A stretch of 63,503 bases of DNA, filler included, from Guillardia theta CCMP2712 (GCF_000315625.1; 5 parts of 5 records of this genome joined end to end with filler, not necessarily neighbours in it), one strand, 5' to 3'. Counted from the first letter of the whole stretch, positions 47,104-56,915 are shown. The notes: generated by a model from the sequence alone, not told the origin. Program-made: numbers and translations.

Positions 47104-49882
47104 TTATTATTATTATTATGTGAGTTTATTAGAATGCTAGAATGTTGCTCGGCCTCGTTGTGGGCTTATGCAATTTGATCCTAGTCTAAAGAGGCGCTCG
47201 AGCACTGGGAGTACACGGCCTACAATGCGAACCCTGCTTCTGAGGCGTCTTTCTACTCTCTACTTCTGCTGTCTTCTCTTGGCTTCCTCAGCCTCAGTCA
47301 GGAGAGTTGCCTCTCCTCACCTTGGCCTTCGGTCACCACCTACTCTACCTCCATTCAGCTTCCTCAGCCTCAGTCAGAAGAGTTGCCTCTCCTCACCTTG
47401 GCCTTCGGTCGCCACCTACTCGTCCTCCATTCAGCTTCCTCAGCTTCAGTCAGGAGAGTTGCCTCTCCTCACCTTGGCCTTCAGTCGCCTCCTACCTTCT
47501 CTCCTTACCTTGGGCTCAGCTCAAGCTCGGTACGGGCTCGCCCCGTCTTCTTCCTCGCCCTCGCCTTGCTCTTCCTCCATGTCTTCCTCTTCTTCGTCAT
47601 CTTCCCTCATCTCCACCCGCAGTCGGTCCTTCTTGTCCACCTTCAGCGAGCAGGCCAGCACATGCATCTCTGCGAATTTACTCAGTGCTATGAACAGGAA
47701 GCTAAGAGATCGACGCTCTATGTCGTCGCTCTCCGCCTCCTGCTCAAGCTCAGCAGCTGCCGTTGCCCGTGGCGAGAACGCGCTGCCCCTCCTTGCCTTC
47801 TTGCTCTCTCCTTGCACGCGAGTCCAGCGCTTGCTCTGCAGCCACTTCCCCAGCTTCTCCTTGAGAACGTTGCGCCCAACTCCCTGCTCCTCTGGCATCT
47901 TCGCCCACTCTCCCAGCGACATGAACTCCAGGCTCCCCGGAGAGTAGAACGTGTCGTGGAGGTTGCCAACGGCCTTGTCCAGGACCAGCTTGATCGGCTC
48001 GCTCGTCCCCGCCTCGTTCAAAGAAGCTGCATCTTCGATGACTGCTGACAGCTCGCTGACGAGCTGCATGTCCTCTTGGCTTGACGGAGATGCTGCCTCC
48101 ATTGTGATCCTCTCCAGGTCTGTAAACTCCAGCCACTCTCCCTCGCTTTCCTCCTGTCGCTGCGCTGCGTCGCTGGTGCCCCGCTGACCAGCCGCCTCAG
48201 AGTCAGGCTCCTTGTCGAAGCCGACTGCTTCGAGCTTGGTTGCTGCGCCTTCGAGATAGAAGGGCAGCTCCTTCATCATGCGTCGAGCATCCTCCGTGGA
48301 GCCGAGGAGGATGCATAGCTTGGACCCGTTCCAGGACTTGGTGTTCAAATCCTCCTCCATGTCGATGCCTTCAACGTTGATCTCGAGCCTGTTAGCGATC
48401 TCCAACAAGACTCTCTTGACTCTTGCGATAGACGTGTTGCCGCCGTTGCACAGCCCCTCCATCTCCTTCCTCGTGAAGCGACCAGATGCCGCCGTCGACT
48501 TGATGATGATCTTGATCTCCTTGCCGTCCTTGCCGCCTGCCTTCTTCTGCATCCTTGATGCCTTCTTCAACTTATTTCTGGACACAAAGCGATCAGCTGT
48601 CAACTCGACTGCGAGCGCCTCTCTGATCTTCGGGTCCTCGCTGAACAGAGTCAGGTGTACTCCCTCCATCGCTTCGCTCTCTCGGAAAGCTCGAAATGCT
48701 GTATCATTCGCCTCTGGGCAGCTCGAGGAGACGATCCACTCCACCTCCCTCTGTCTCCAGATGACGTTGGCCCCTACAGCGATGAAGCCTTTCTGACCTA
48801 AGCCTTTGTGGACTTGCTGTCCTGGCGCCCCAGCGACCAGCATGCCTGCCAGCGGCTGGAGTTGGACCGCTGCAAGGGACTGGCGCAGCAGCTGATAGCG
48901 ATAGACGGCAGCTATCTCAGCCGTTGTCATGCCGCCCAAGGTTAGCAGGTGAGTCAGCTCTGCCAAGCTGCCCCCTTTGCCCCAGGGTCCTCTCTTGGCT
49001 CGAATCTTGAAAGATCGATCGTGCACGATGCTCACATGTACAGCTGTGAACTTGCGACCATCGATCGCGAAGTCCTCTCTTCCCTGCCAGAGCTTCTCCG
49101 CTTGTGCATTGCGGAGGAAGGAAACAGTCACCGGGATCTCCTCAGCACTCGCTATCTCGGGTCTATACGGAGCCTTCCACATGATCGCTTTACTCTCTTG
49201 CACTGAGTCTACGATCAGTCCGATCTCTTCAAATTTCTTCTTCAGCTTTTCTTCATGGTTGACATACACCGAGGAGATGCCCAGGAGAGTCATGGAGATG
49301 AAGGAAGTCACCTCGTTGCCTGCTGAGGCGGTGTATGTCTCGACCTTCTCCTTCTTGGCTTCTTCAATCTGCTGCATAAACCACTCTCTGGATGCGTCAC
49401 TCCATCCAGCCATCGCTTCTTGCAGAAGCTCACGTCGTGCCTGCTGACATGTCGAGCGGATGGCTTCTGCGATAGCGTCGGGGGTGCATCCCTCCACAGC
49501 CTTGCAAGCCTGGGCTGTCCTGCTGTTCGGATAACGCTTCGCGAAGCTCTTCACCCTCTCGACGAGATCAGCTTCGAGGACAGAGGCATCCACAAGTCCG
49601 CTCTGCGTGTATTGGCATGATCTCCGATACAGCAGGTTGCGAACATTTTCATCATACTGAAGAACCATACTTAGAAAGCTATTTGAAGTATACAAACCTC
49701 TTGCTTGCAGCTTCCTTGGCGCCCTGGCGGCTTCCCCTACACCTGACGAGGAGCCATGCTGCCGAAAACAACGGCGCCTCCATGCTGCCGAAAATAACGG
49801 CGCCTCCATGCTGCCGAAAATAACGGCGCCTCCATGCTGCCGAAAATAACGGCGCCTCATGCTGCCGAAAATAACGGCGCCT
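47104..49882 (-). mobile_element. Element B: ORF1-only non-autonomous telomeric-repeat retroelement
   Basis: Five 26-bp repeats at the 5' end (49754-49882), ORF1, 3' UTR with 76-bp repeats, AATAAA, (TAA)n tail, and TTTAGGG tracts on both sides. Confidence 0.85.
47521..49668 (-). CDS. Element B ORF1 (715 aa from MVLQY)
   Basis: Start placed by homology to the element C ORF (MVLQYDE.VRNLLYRRSCQYTQ). The longer track ORF only reads through the 5' repeats. Confidence 0.85.
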   Translation of the reverse strand: MVLQYDENVRNLLYRRSCQYTQSGLVDASVLEADLVERVKSFAKRYPNSRTAQACKAVEGCTPDAIAEAIRSTCQQARRELLQEAMAGWSDASREWFMQQIEEAKKEKVETYTASAGNEVTSFISMTLLGISSVYVNHEEKLKKKFEEIGLIVDSVQESKAIMWKAPYRPEIASAEEIPVTVSFLRNAQAEKLWQGREDFAIDGRKFTAVHVSIVHDRSFKIRAKRGPWGKGGSLAELTHLLTLGGMTTAEIAAVYRYQLLRQSLAAVQLQPLAGMLVAGAPGQQVHKGLGQKGFIAVGANVIWRQREVEWIVSSSCPEANDTAFRAFRESEAMEGVHLTLFSEDPKIREALAVELTADRFVSRNKLKKASRMQKKAGGKDGKEIKIIIKSTAASGRFTRKEMEGLCNGGNTSIARVKRVLLEIANRLEINVEGIDMEEDLNTKSWNGSKLCILLGSTEDARRMMKELPFYLEGAATKLEAVGFDKEPDSEAAGQRGTSDAAQRQEESEGEWLEFTDLERITMEAASPSSQEDMQLVSELSAVIEDAASLNEAGTSEPIKLVLDKAVGNLHDTFYSPGSLEFMSLGEWAKMPEEQGVGRNVLKEKLGKWLQSKRWTRVQGESKKARRGSAFSPRATAAAELEQEAESDDIERRSLSFLFIALSKFAEMHVLACSLKVDKKDRLRVEMREDDEEEEDMEEEQGEGEEEDGASPYRA

Positions 49883-49921
49883 CCTAAACCCTAAACCCTA
49901 AACCCTAAACCCTAAACCCTA
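49883..49921 (-). repeat. Telomeric tract, about 5.5 copies of TTTAGGG
   Basis: CCTAAACCCTAAA... between the 5' end of B and the 3' tail of C. Confidence 0.95.
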
Positions 49922-50511
49922 GTAGTAGTAGTAGTTGAGTTTATTAGAATGCTAGGTAGGTTGCATGGCTTGTTATCACCTTGCTCTACTCTAGTCTAAC
50001 AGGGATCTCGTGACCTGGCAGTTCGGCCCGACTTGGCTGGCCCTTATGGCAGCCGTGCTTCTGCTCTGCTCCCTCCTCTGATATACTTGAGTGGTCTTCC
50101 CCGGCCTCAGCCAGTGGAGTTTCCTCCGCCGGCCTTGGCCTGGGTCGTCCGTGCTTTCAACTTGTGTTGCTTCCTCGGCTCCGACACACCTTGGCGGTCT
50201 CGGCCGGCCTTCGGCCAGTGAGTGAATGAGGGATAAGGACAATCAGGAGATAAGGTGGTAGGTGGAATGCGTATGGGTCCCTGGGACTCACGTCCCTTCC
50301 CCCGGGCCTCGGTCCGGACCGGGCCCGAGAGCCCGGCCGGCCTCCGCCCGGCCTCCTCCTCCCGGCCCCCCTCCCCCCTCCCCCACCGGCTTACCTGCCC
50401 TTACCTTCGTTGCTTGCCCCATGTCCACCTGCTTTATTTCTTCCTCCTTCCCCCCATGGGGCCCACAGCTCCGCTCCGCCTCTTGTCCACCTCTAAGACT
50501 TGACTCGAGCC

Positions 50512-52662
50512 TCAAGCGCGCGAGGGGCCTGCACCGGCCTCCTCCTCCACGCCCTCGCCCTCCTCAGCCTCCATGTCGACTTCCTCCCTCATCATCAGCC
50601 GCAGTCGGTCTTGCTTGTCGACCTTGCCCGTGCAGCTCAACCCATGGTGCTCAGCAAATTTACTGATCGCAAGAAACAAGAGGCTAACAGATCGACTCTC
50701 GATGTCATCGCTCTCAGCCTCCTGCTCGAGCGCATCAGTCGCTGCTGCCCTTGGAGAGAAGGCGCTGCCCCTCCTCGCTGCCTTGTTCCCTTGCACCCGT
50801 GTCCAGCGCTGCTCGCCGAGGTACGCTCTGAGCTTTTCTTTCATCATGTTTCGCTTCGATCCCAGCGTCGGCGTGGCTGCCCAAGCTCCGAGCGTCATGA
50901 ACTCCACGTTGCCCGGCGAGCAGAAGGTGTCATGCAGCTTCCCAACACTCTTGTCTAGCTCCAGCGAGATCGGCTTGCCAGCTAGCAGCTCCTCCTCTGA
51001 TGTCTCCAAGAGCATCGTCGAGAGGTCGAGCAAGACCTGTTGGTCGACTGGCCCTGACGGTGACGCTGCTTCCATAGTAATCCTGTCGATGTCGCTGAGC
51101 TCCAGCCATCCAGCGCCTTGCTGCTGCCCTTGGGGCTCTTGGGCTTGCTCCTCGCTGCTCGGGCTCCTCTCCTCCTCATGCTGAGGGTTGAGCTTAAAGC
51201 CCATAGCTTCCAGCTTGACTTCCAGGATCCCTTCCAAGTAGAAGGGCATGTCTTCCATCAAGCGTCGAGCCTCTGCCTTGGTCGCCAGGGAGAGAGCTAT
51301 CAGGCTCCCATCCCAGCTGAGCGTGTCACGATCCTCCTCGACCTCGACGCTGACCAGCTTGAGGTTCATTCTTCTTGCTAACTCCAACATGGCTCGCTTG
51401 ACTCTCGTGATCGATGTGTTACCTCCTCCGCACAGCGCTTCCATCTCCTTCCTCGAGAAGCGGCCTGTGCTCATGCTTGACCTCGACTTGATCTGTACTC
51501 TGAAGCTGCTGCGCCCCGCATGATCTCTCTCGCGAAGTGCCTTCCTCTGCTTGGCAATCTTTCCCCTCGGCACGAAGGTGTCGGCTGTGAGCTCGACTGC
51601 AAACGTCTCTCTGAGCTTGGCGTCGTCGCTGATGAGAGTGAGATGCACCCCCTCCATCGCCTCGCTCTCTCTGAACGAGGCCAAGGTCTGCTCGCAACTT
51701 GCCGTCGAAGGCGAGCTGAGCACCCACTCCAGCTCTTTTTGCTGGAGAGTGCCCGTACTTGCCCCAACAGCGACATACGTCTTCGGGCTCGGCCCCTTGC
51801 GACCTCTCTGCCCAGGACCTTGCACGAGCATGCCTGCAAGCGGTTGTACCTCTGCGGCTGCAAGAGATTGCGAGAGCAGCTGAAATCGATAAATCTGAGC
51901 GATCTCAGCCGTCGACATTCCTCCGAGAGCTAAGAGCTGCGATAGCTCGGCAAGGCTCCCTCCCTTGCCCCAAGGTCCTCGCTTGGCTCGAAGCTTGAAC
52001 GACCGGTCGTGTGCAATGCTCACCTCTGTGGCTCGGAAGGCTCTCCCTTCTATGCAGTATTCTCTCCTGCCTTCCCATAGCTCCATGGCTGCTTCATTCC
52101 GAAGGAAGGAGACGGTGACTGAGATGTCGTCTGCTCGTGCTATCTCAGGTCTGTAAGGTGCTTTCCACATGATGGCCTTGTCGACTCCATCGACTGAGTC
52201 TACCATGAGACCTAGCTCCATAAGCTTCGATTTCAACTTTTCTTCTTGTCGAACAAACATCGAGGAAATCCCTAGGAGAGTCATGGAGATGAAGGAGGTC
52301 CCCTCGGTGCCTTCGGTGCCGATGTATGTCTCGACATTCTGCTTCTTGGCCTCCTCCATCTGTTGAATAAACCATGCTCTCGACTCTGAGCTCCATTCAC
52401 TCAGAGAGTCTTCAAACAGGTCGCGTCTCGCCTGCCGACATGTCGAGCGGATGGCTTCAGCGATAGCGTCGGGAGTGCATCCCCCCTCAGCTCTGCAAGC
52501 CTGAGCTGTCCTACTACCAGGATACCGCTTCGCGAAGTTCTTCACCCTCTCGACGAGGTCGGCGGCCTCCTCGGCGTGGCCTCCAGAGCGCTCGCCCTGC
52601 GTGTATTGGCATGATCTCCGATACAGCAGGTTGCGAACGCTCTCATCATACTGTAGTACCAT
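50512..52662 (-). CDS. Element C ORF1 (716 aa)
   Basis: Intact and collinear with the B ORF over its whole length (AKRGPWGKGGSLAEL, FRESEAMEGVHLTL, RRGSAFSPRA), more distantly with A. Confidence 0.88.
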   Translation of the reverse strand: MVLQYDESVRNLLYRRSCQYTQGERSGGHAEEAADLVERVKNFAKRYPGSRTAQACRAEGGCTPDAIAEAIRSTCRQARRDLFEDSLSEWSSESRAWFIQQMEEAKKQNVETYIGTEGTEGTSFISMTLLGISSMFVRQEEKLKSKLMELGLMVDSVDGVDKAIMWKAPYRPEIARADDISVTVSFLRNEAAMELWEGRREYCIEGRAFRATEVSIAHDRSFKLRAKRGPWGKGGSLAELSQLLALGGMSTAEIAQIYRFQLLSQSLAAAEVQPLAGMLVQGPGQRGRKGPSPKTYVAVGASTGTLQQKELEWVLSSPSTASCEQTLASFRESEAMEGVHLTLISDDAKLRETFAVELTADTFVPRGKIAKQRKALRERDHAGRSSFRVQIKSRSSMSTGRFSRKEMEALCGGGNTSITRVKRAMLELARRMNLKLVSVEVEEDRDTLSWDGSLIALSLATKAEARRLMEDMPFYLEGILEVKLEAMGFKLNPQHEEERSPSSEEQAQEPQGQQQGAGWLELSDIDRITMEAASPSGPVDQQVLLDLSTMLLETSEEELLAGKPISLELDKSVGKLHDTFCSPGNVEFMTLGAWAATPTLGSKRNMMKEKLRAYLGEQRWTRVQGNKAARRGSAFSPRAAATDALEQEAESDDIESRSVSLLFLAISKFAEHHGLSCTGKVDKQDRLRLMMREEVDMEAEEGEGVEEEAGAGPSRA

Positions 52663-52750
52663 GCTTAGAAGCTGTTTGAACTATACCAAGAACTTGCTCG
52701 CAGCTTCCTCCGGTCCCCTTGCGCTCTCCCTACGCGCCGCGGATGTGCAT

Positions 52751-53190
52751 GCCTCGGGAAGGGGCGGCCTTGCCTCGGGAAGGGGCGGCCTTGCCTCGGG
52801 AAGGGGCGGCCTTGCCTCGGGAAGGGGCGGCCTTGCCTCGGGAAGGGGCGGCCTTGCCTCGGGAAGGGGCGGCCTTGCCTCGGGAAGGGGCGGCCTTGCC
52901 TCGGGAAGGGGCGGCCTTGCCTCGGGAAGGGGCGGCCTTGCCTCGGGAAGGGGCGGCCTTGCCTCGGGAAGGGGCGGCCTTGCCTCGGGAAGGGGCGGCC
53001 TTGCCTCGGGAAGGGGCGGCCTTGCCTCGGGAAGGGGCGGCCTTGCCTCGGGAAGGGGCGGCCTTGCCTCGGGAAGGGGCGGCCTTGCCTCGGGAAGGGG
53101 CGGCCTTGCCTCGGGAAGGGGCGGCCTTGCCTCGGGAAGGGGCGGCCTTGCCTCGGGAAGGGGCGGCCCTTGCCTCGGGAAGGGGCGGCC
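52751..53190. repeat. 21-bp tandem array (GCCTCGGGAAGGGGCGGCCTT), about 21 copies
   Basis: Near-perfect units; one has an extra C. Confidence 0.97.
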
Positions 53191-53213
53191 CTAAACCCTA
53201 AACCCTAAACCCT
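53189..53213 (-). repeat. Telomeric tract, about 3.5 copies of TTTAGGG
   Basis: CCCTAAACCCTAAACCCTAAACCCT. Confidence 0.95.
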
Positions 53214-53230
53214 TCATCGTGTACGACCGG

Positions 53231-53915
53231 CCGCCGGTCGTACACGATGAACTCCCTGTGCTTGTCCAGACACGCCTGCGGGTGAGTGTCTTGCGTTACT
53301 CCGATCACTGAGTCATGCAGCCGGCTGCTGCCCGGCATGGCTGGTGGTCGTCGAGCTCTCCTCATGGTTTGCAGGGCCTCGTACGGCGTTCCTAGCGCCA
53401 CAGGCTCGCACGAGCAGCATGCGGCAGATCCCGCGGCTGTCGGGCGTGCAGTACTCGTCGCTCTTGCTGGAGTTCTCCGCTAGGTAGACCCCAGCTCCGA
53501 ACAAGCCTTCTAGGCTGCAGACCCGCTCGTCGAGCCCGGACTTCAAGATAGCTTCCGCCATGTCGTGCTTGGTCCCGTGGAACAGAAACACCTCGTTGCT
53601 CGTCTTGTCCTGTAGCAACGAGCTCTTCATCCAGTCTCTCCAGGTGCTGACCTTGGTCTTAGGGTGTCGATTCCCCTGCTGCAACATGAGCTGACCTATA
53701 GATCTTCGCTCTAGAGCATACGCCGACCACAGCCCCGCATGCTCTACACGGAAGACTCGCTCCACCTCGTATCCTTTATACTTGAGGCCCTTGTTGTCTC
53801 TTCCTTGCGCTGCTGGGGTAACACTCTGACTTTTTTTTAAGATGCTTTCGCTGCGCTTTTCTCTGAAAGAGTCCAAAAAGGCATTTTTCCAGTCTGCCAG
53901 CCCTCCATTGGATGC
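53231..53915 (-). pseudogene. PARP catalytic domain (tankyrase/PARP12-like), frameshifted near 53400 and 3'-truncated
   Basis: NEVFLFHGT, GLFGAGVYLAENSSKSDEY, RMLLVR, then in another frame VALG...HDSVIG...REFIVYD (H-Y-E triad). The final strand is missing. Confidence 0.85.
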
Positions 53916-54030
53916 TTCCAGTGTCTCTCGTACCTCTCCATATCCCCTTGGATGCTTCCAGTGTCTCTCGTACCTCTCCATATCCCCTTGTATGCCACCA
54001 GTGCCTCTCGTACCTCTCCATATCCCCTTG
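53910..54030. repeat. 39-bp tandem repeat, three copies, possibly intronic
   Basis: CCAGTG(T/C)CTCTCGTACCTCTCCATATCCCCTTG units. Confidence 0.85.
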
Positions 54031-56831
54031 AGCCCATTTTTTCCATCTCGCCGGGATCCCACAGACTTCGTATTTTTGCGAGAAAAAGAGTGCGTCATGA
54101 AGTCAGTGGGATGTTGGCATGAATTGAAAAAACAAATGGCGCACCCAGCGGTAGCGGTGACGGGGAGTTACCCAACTTGTTGGGTGACTCCACGGCAGGG
54201 GGCATGAATCCACTAATATAAGGACTGTGTGAGTTTCCGCGCATAATACGTAAGAACGAACTTTATTTCTTTCTCTATCTGCTCTTCTCAATCGCTATCA
54301 GAGCCTGCTGTCTCAATCATAGGCTTGCGAGAGATGCTGCCAGTCTGCGTCCTCGTCGCGTGAGTCGATTGACTCTGTGAGGAGTCTGAAGGCAAGCGTT
54401 AACCCTGCTCTGAATGTCTGTCATAGCCTTCTCCATCAACAAGCTTGTCAATTTGATCTGCTTGGCCTCGAGCGGCGACAGAGGGTAGGGGTAGGCGGGA
54501 CTTGGGGAATAATGTGGAGGTCAACTGTACAACGTAAGTTTGACCTTTTCAGCGAACTTTGAAATCCTCCCCTCAGATTTCAAGATATCCACCAAACCCT
54601 CTTTCAACTATCTCCCTTATCTGACTTCATTGTCATCTGAAGGTTTCAAGTTTTGGAGCAATCTTTCAGCCCCCTCCAAGAATCCATTTCACTTTCAAAC
54701 TTCTTTCTACGTCTCACCGAAACATTTCAAGTTTCAGTGGTTATAGCAGTGTTCGCCGCTGATTCCTCATTGGCCCCGGCTGCCGCCCGGGCCCCGGGCG
54801 CACCCGGGCCCGGCAGTGAAGTACAAAGGGGGCCCGGCGACTGAGTGTCGAGGCCCGGGACCGAGGAGATTTTCAGATTTCCTGAGGCTCCGCTGAGCTC
54901 GATCCACCCTTGAAGCCAGGGGTCAGCTGGCAGTGGCGAGGGAGCGCTCGGACCTGCCAGCTCGGAACTTCGGAAGCCAGGGTCAAGCCTTCAGTGACCA
55001 GCTGTTATTAGCAACAGGCCCGCTCAGCTCGTGTCACGGCTCATGACCATATGCTCTCAGCTCGTCAGCCTCATCGCCCCCCCGTCAGCAAGACCTCTGG
55101 GTGTCTCTCAGCTCCTTCACTGAGCACAACCCGACATGCAACACAAGAGGGCTACCGGGCATCGACTCATCCGATCAGATCGCGCACATGACGTTTCCTC
55201 GGTGACTCAACTGGATCTCGTGAGACGCAGTGGAGTGAAACGAACTTTGATTGATCAGACATTCAAGATCCGGAGTTACCCCCTGCGTGAGCGAGTGCGC
55301 CCCAGTGACCCGACGAGCTCTGGTGAAGTTGCTGCAACGCAAGACGCACCCCTCCTGTTTACCTTGTAAGTCCCCCACGGGTACTCGGTTGCTGCAACAA
55401 AGACCTCCATAGGGGTCCTTTCAGCAGCTTCACACTGGAGTAGAGTATCCTGGGTCATCCATCGGAGCACGAGTACGAGGCAGCCAGCTGTCCTTTCATT
55501 CTGATAGGCCTTTGTCTGAGTCGGGCTCGGTTCCTATGAGCTCTGACAGCTCAGTGACCCGAGGAGCTGTGATGAGATCAGAGCCGCGAGCAGCTGAGAA
55601 CCTCTGATCAGCACACGGTGACTCTTGGGACAAGCGATGCTCGGCACGAACCAACTTGTCTCTTCGTCTCGGGTCGACGCGCGGCGTCAGGTGACCGATG
55701 GCAGCGTCTCACGCGGGAGAGTGGAAGAAGGTGTCAAGTTTTGGAGCAATCTTTCAGCCCCCCCCATGAATCCATTTCACTTTCAAACTTCTTTCTACGT
55801 CTCACCGAAACTCATTTCAAGTTTCAGTGTTGCCAAGAGAAACAAGAGTGAGAGACTGATGGCTTCTGCTAACTTTGAAATCCTCCCCTCTGATTTCAAG
55901 TATTCAAGTATTATTTCAAACTCATTTCAAGTTTCAGTGTTGCCAAGAGAAACAAGAGTGAGAGCAGAGTGACTCTAGAGCAAGATGGGGTGATGGATGG
56001 GAGGGAGAGATGAATGGGAGGAGAGAGAGGATGTCTTGTCGCATGTGATGATGGATGAAGACATCGGGGGGGTTTATCGCTCTCTCTGCTCTCTCATGGA
56101 CGCGATGCTGAGCCATCTTAGGTTGGCGAGTGTCTGCCGGTACACTCGGAGGACTGTTTACGAAGCGGCGGCTCTTCCACACTGTGTGAGACTGGAATGA
56201 GTTTCAAACGGTCTCAAGACTCTGAAATCCTCGAGTCTGATTTCAAAATCAGACTCGAGAAATTCCGTGCGCCACACAACGTCGGTCCACTTGGAGCAAG
56301 CTTGATTTCGATCCGTCATGACCCAGCAGTCTCAACCCTCGTTGACATGCCCAATCATGTTGATGCAATTCCAGTGTCACACTCTGAAATTCTCGGGTCT
56401 GATTTCAAAATCAGACCCGAGAATTTCCGTGCGTTGGTGTTTTTTCGTTTCTGCTGCAAACTCGTGCAACCCCATCGAGTCTCGTTACACACATTCAGAC
56501 GACTCTTCTCTTCAATGAGGCTCTCTCTCTAGCCGCAAGTTGTTTCAAGTCAGCCCTATCACTAGTATCCCAGCCACAACTTGTTCGATCCGTCTTCGCA
56601 TGCACTCTAGGAAAAACAAGCCTCTCCCCAGCCAGATTGGTCGGTCGGATATCAGCTACACTGTGGACCGGACATGAAGTTGCCGGAAAACACTCGGAGC
56701 TACTAGTCGATTCCGAGTCTCACAGTTGTTTCAAGTCTCTTGATCATCAGCTTTGAGTAGGATGCAATCAGCAACTCCCAGGAGACTGCGATCTAGGCAA
56801 GTGTTCATGTCACAGAGCTGCTGGTGGCTAG

Positions 56832-56915
56832 GATCGGTGAGCAAGCTCACTTGTAGATCGGTGAGCAAGCTCACTTGTGGATCGGTGAGCAAGCTCACTT
56901 GTGGATCGGTGAGCA
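56832..56915. repeat. 24-bp tandem repeat, about 3.5 copies, each with a GTGAGC-AA-GCTCAC hairpin
   Basis: GATCGGTGAGCAAGCTCACTTGT(A/G) units. Confidence 0.9.

Larger units (their letters stand above)
49922..53190 (-). mobile_element. Element C: ORF1-only non-autonomous telomeric-repeat retroelement
   Basis: About 21 copies of a 21-bp 5' repeat, ORF1, 3' UTR, AATAAA, (CTA)n tail, and TTTAGGG tracts on both sides. Confidence 0.85.

Noticed and set aside
52751-53190. 21-bp array (also the 26-bp, 24-bp and 72-bp arrays) as CRISPR
   Set aside because: Contiguous units with no unique spacers, no cas genes, and a eukaryotic context.
52601-53201. ORFs of (ASGRGGL)n and (PREGAAL)n
   Set aside because: These are read-through of a stop-free 21-bp tandem repeat on the antisense strand of element C.
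46778-53213. HeT-A or Athena-like addition of elements to the chromosome 3' end
   Set aside because: Polarity is wrong: the element sense strand carries TTTAGGG, which fits endonuclease insertion primed on the C-rich strand.
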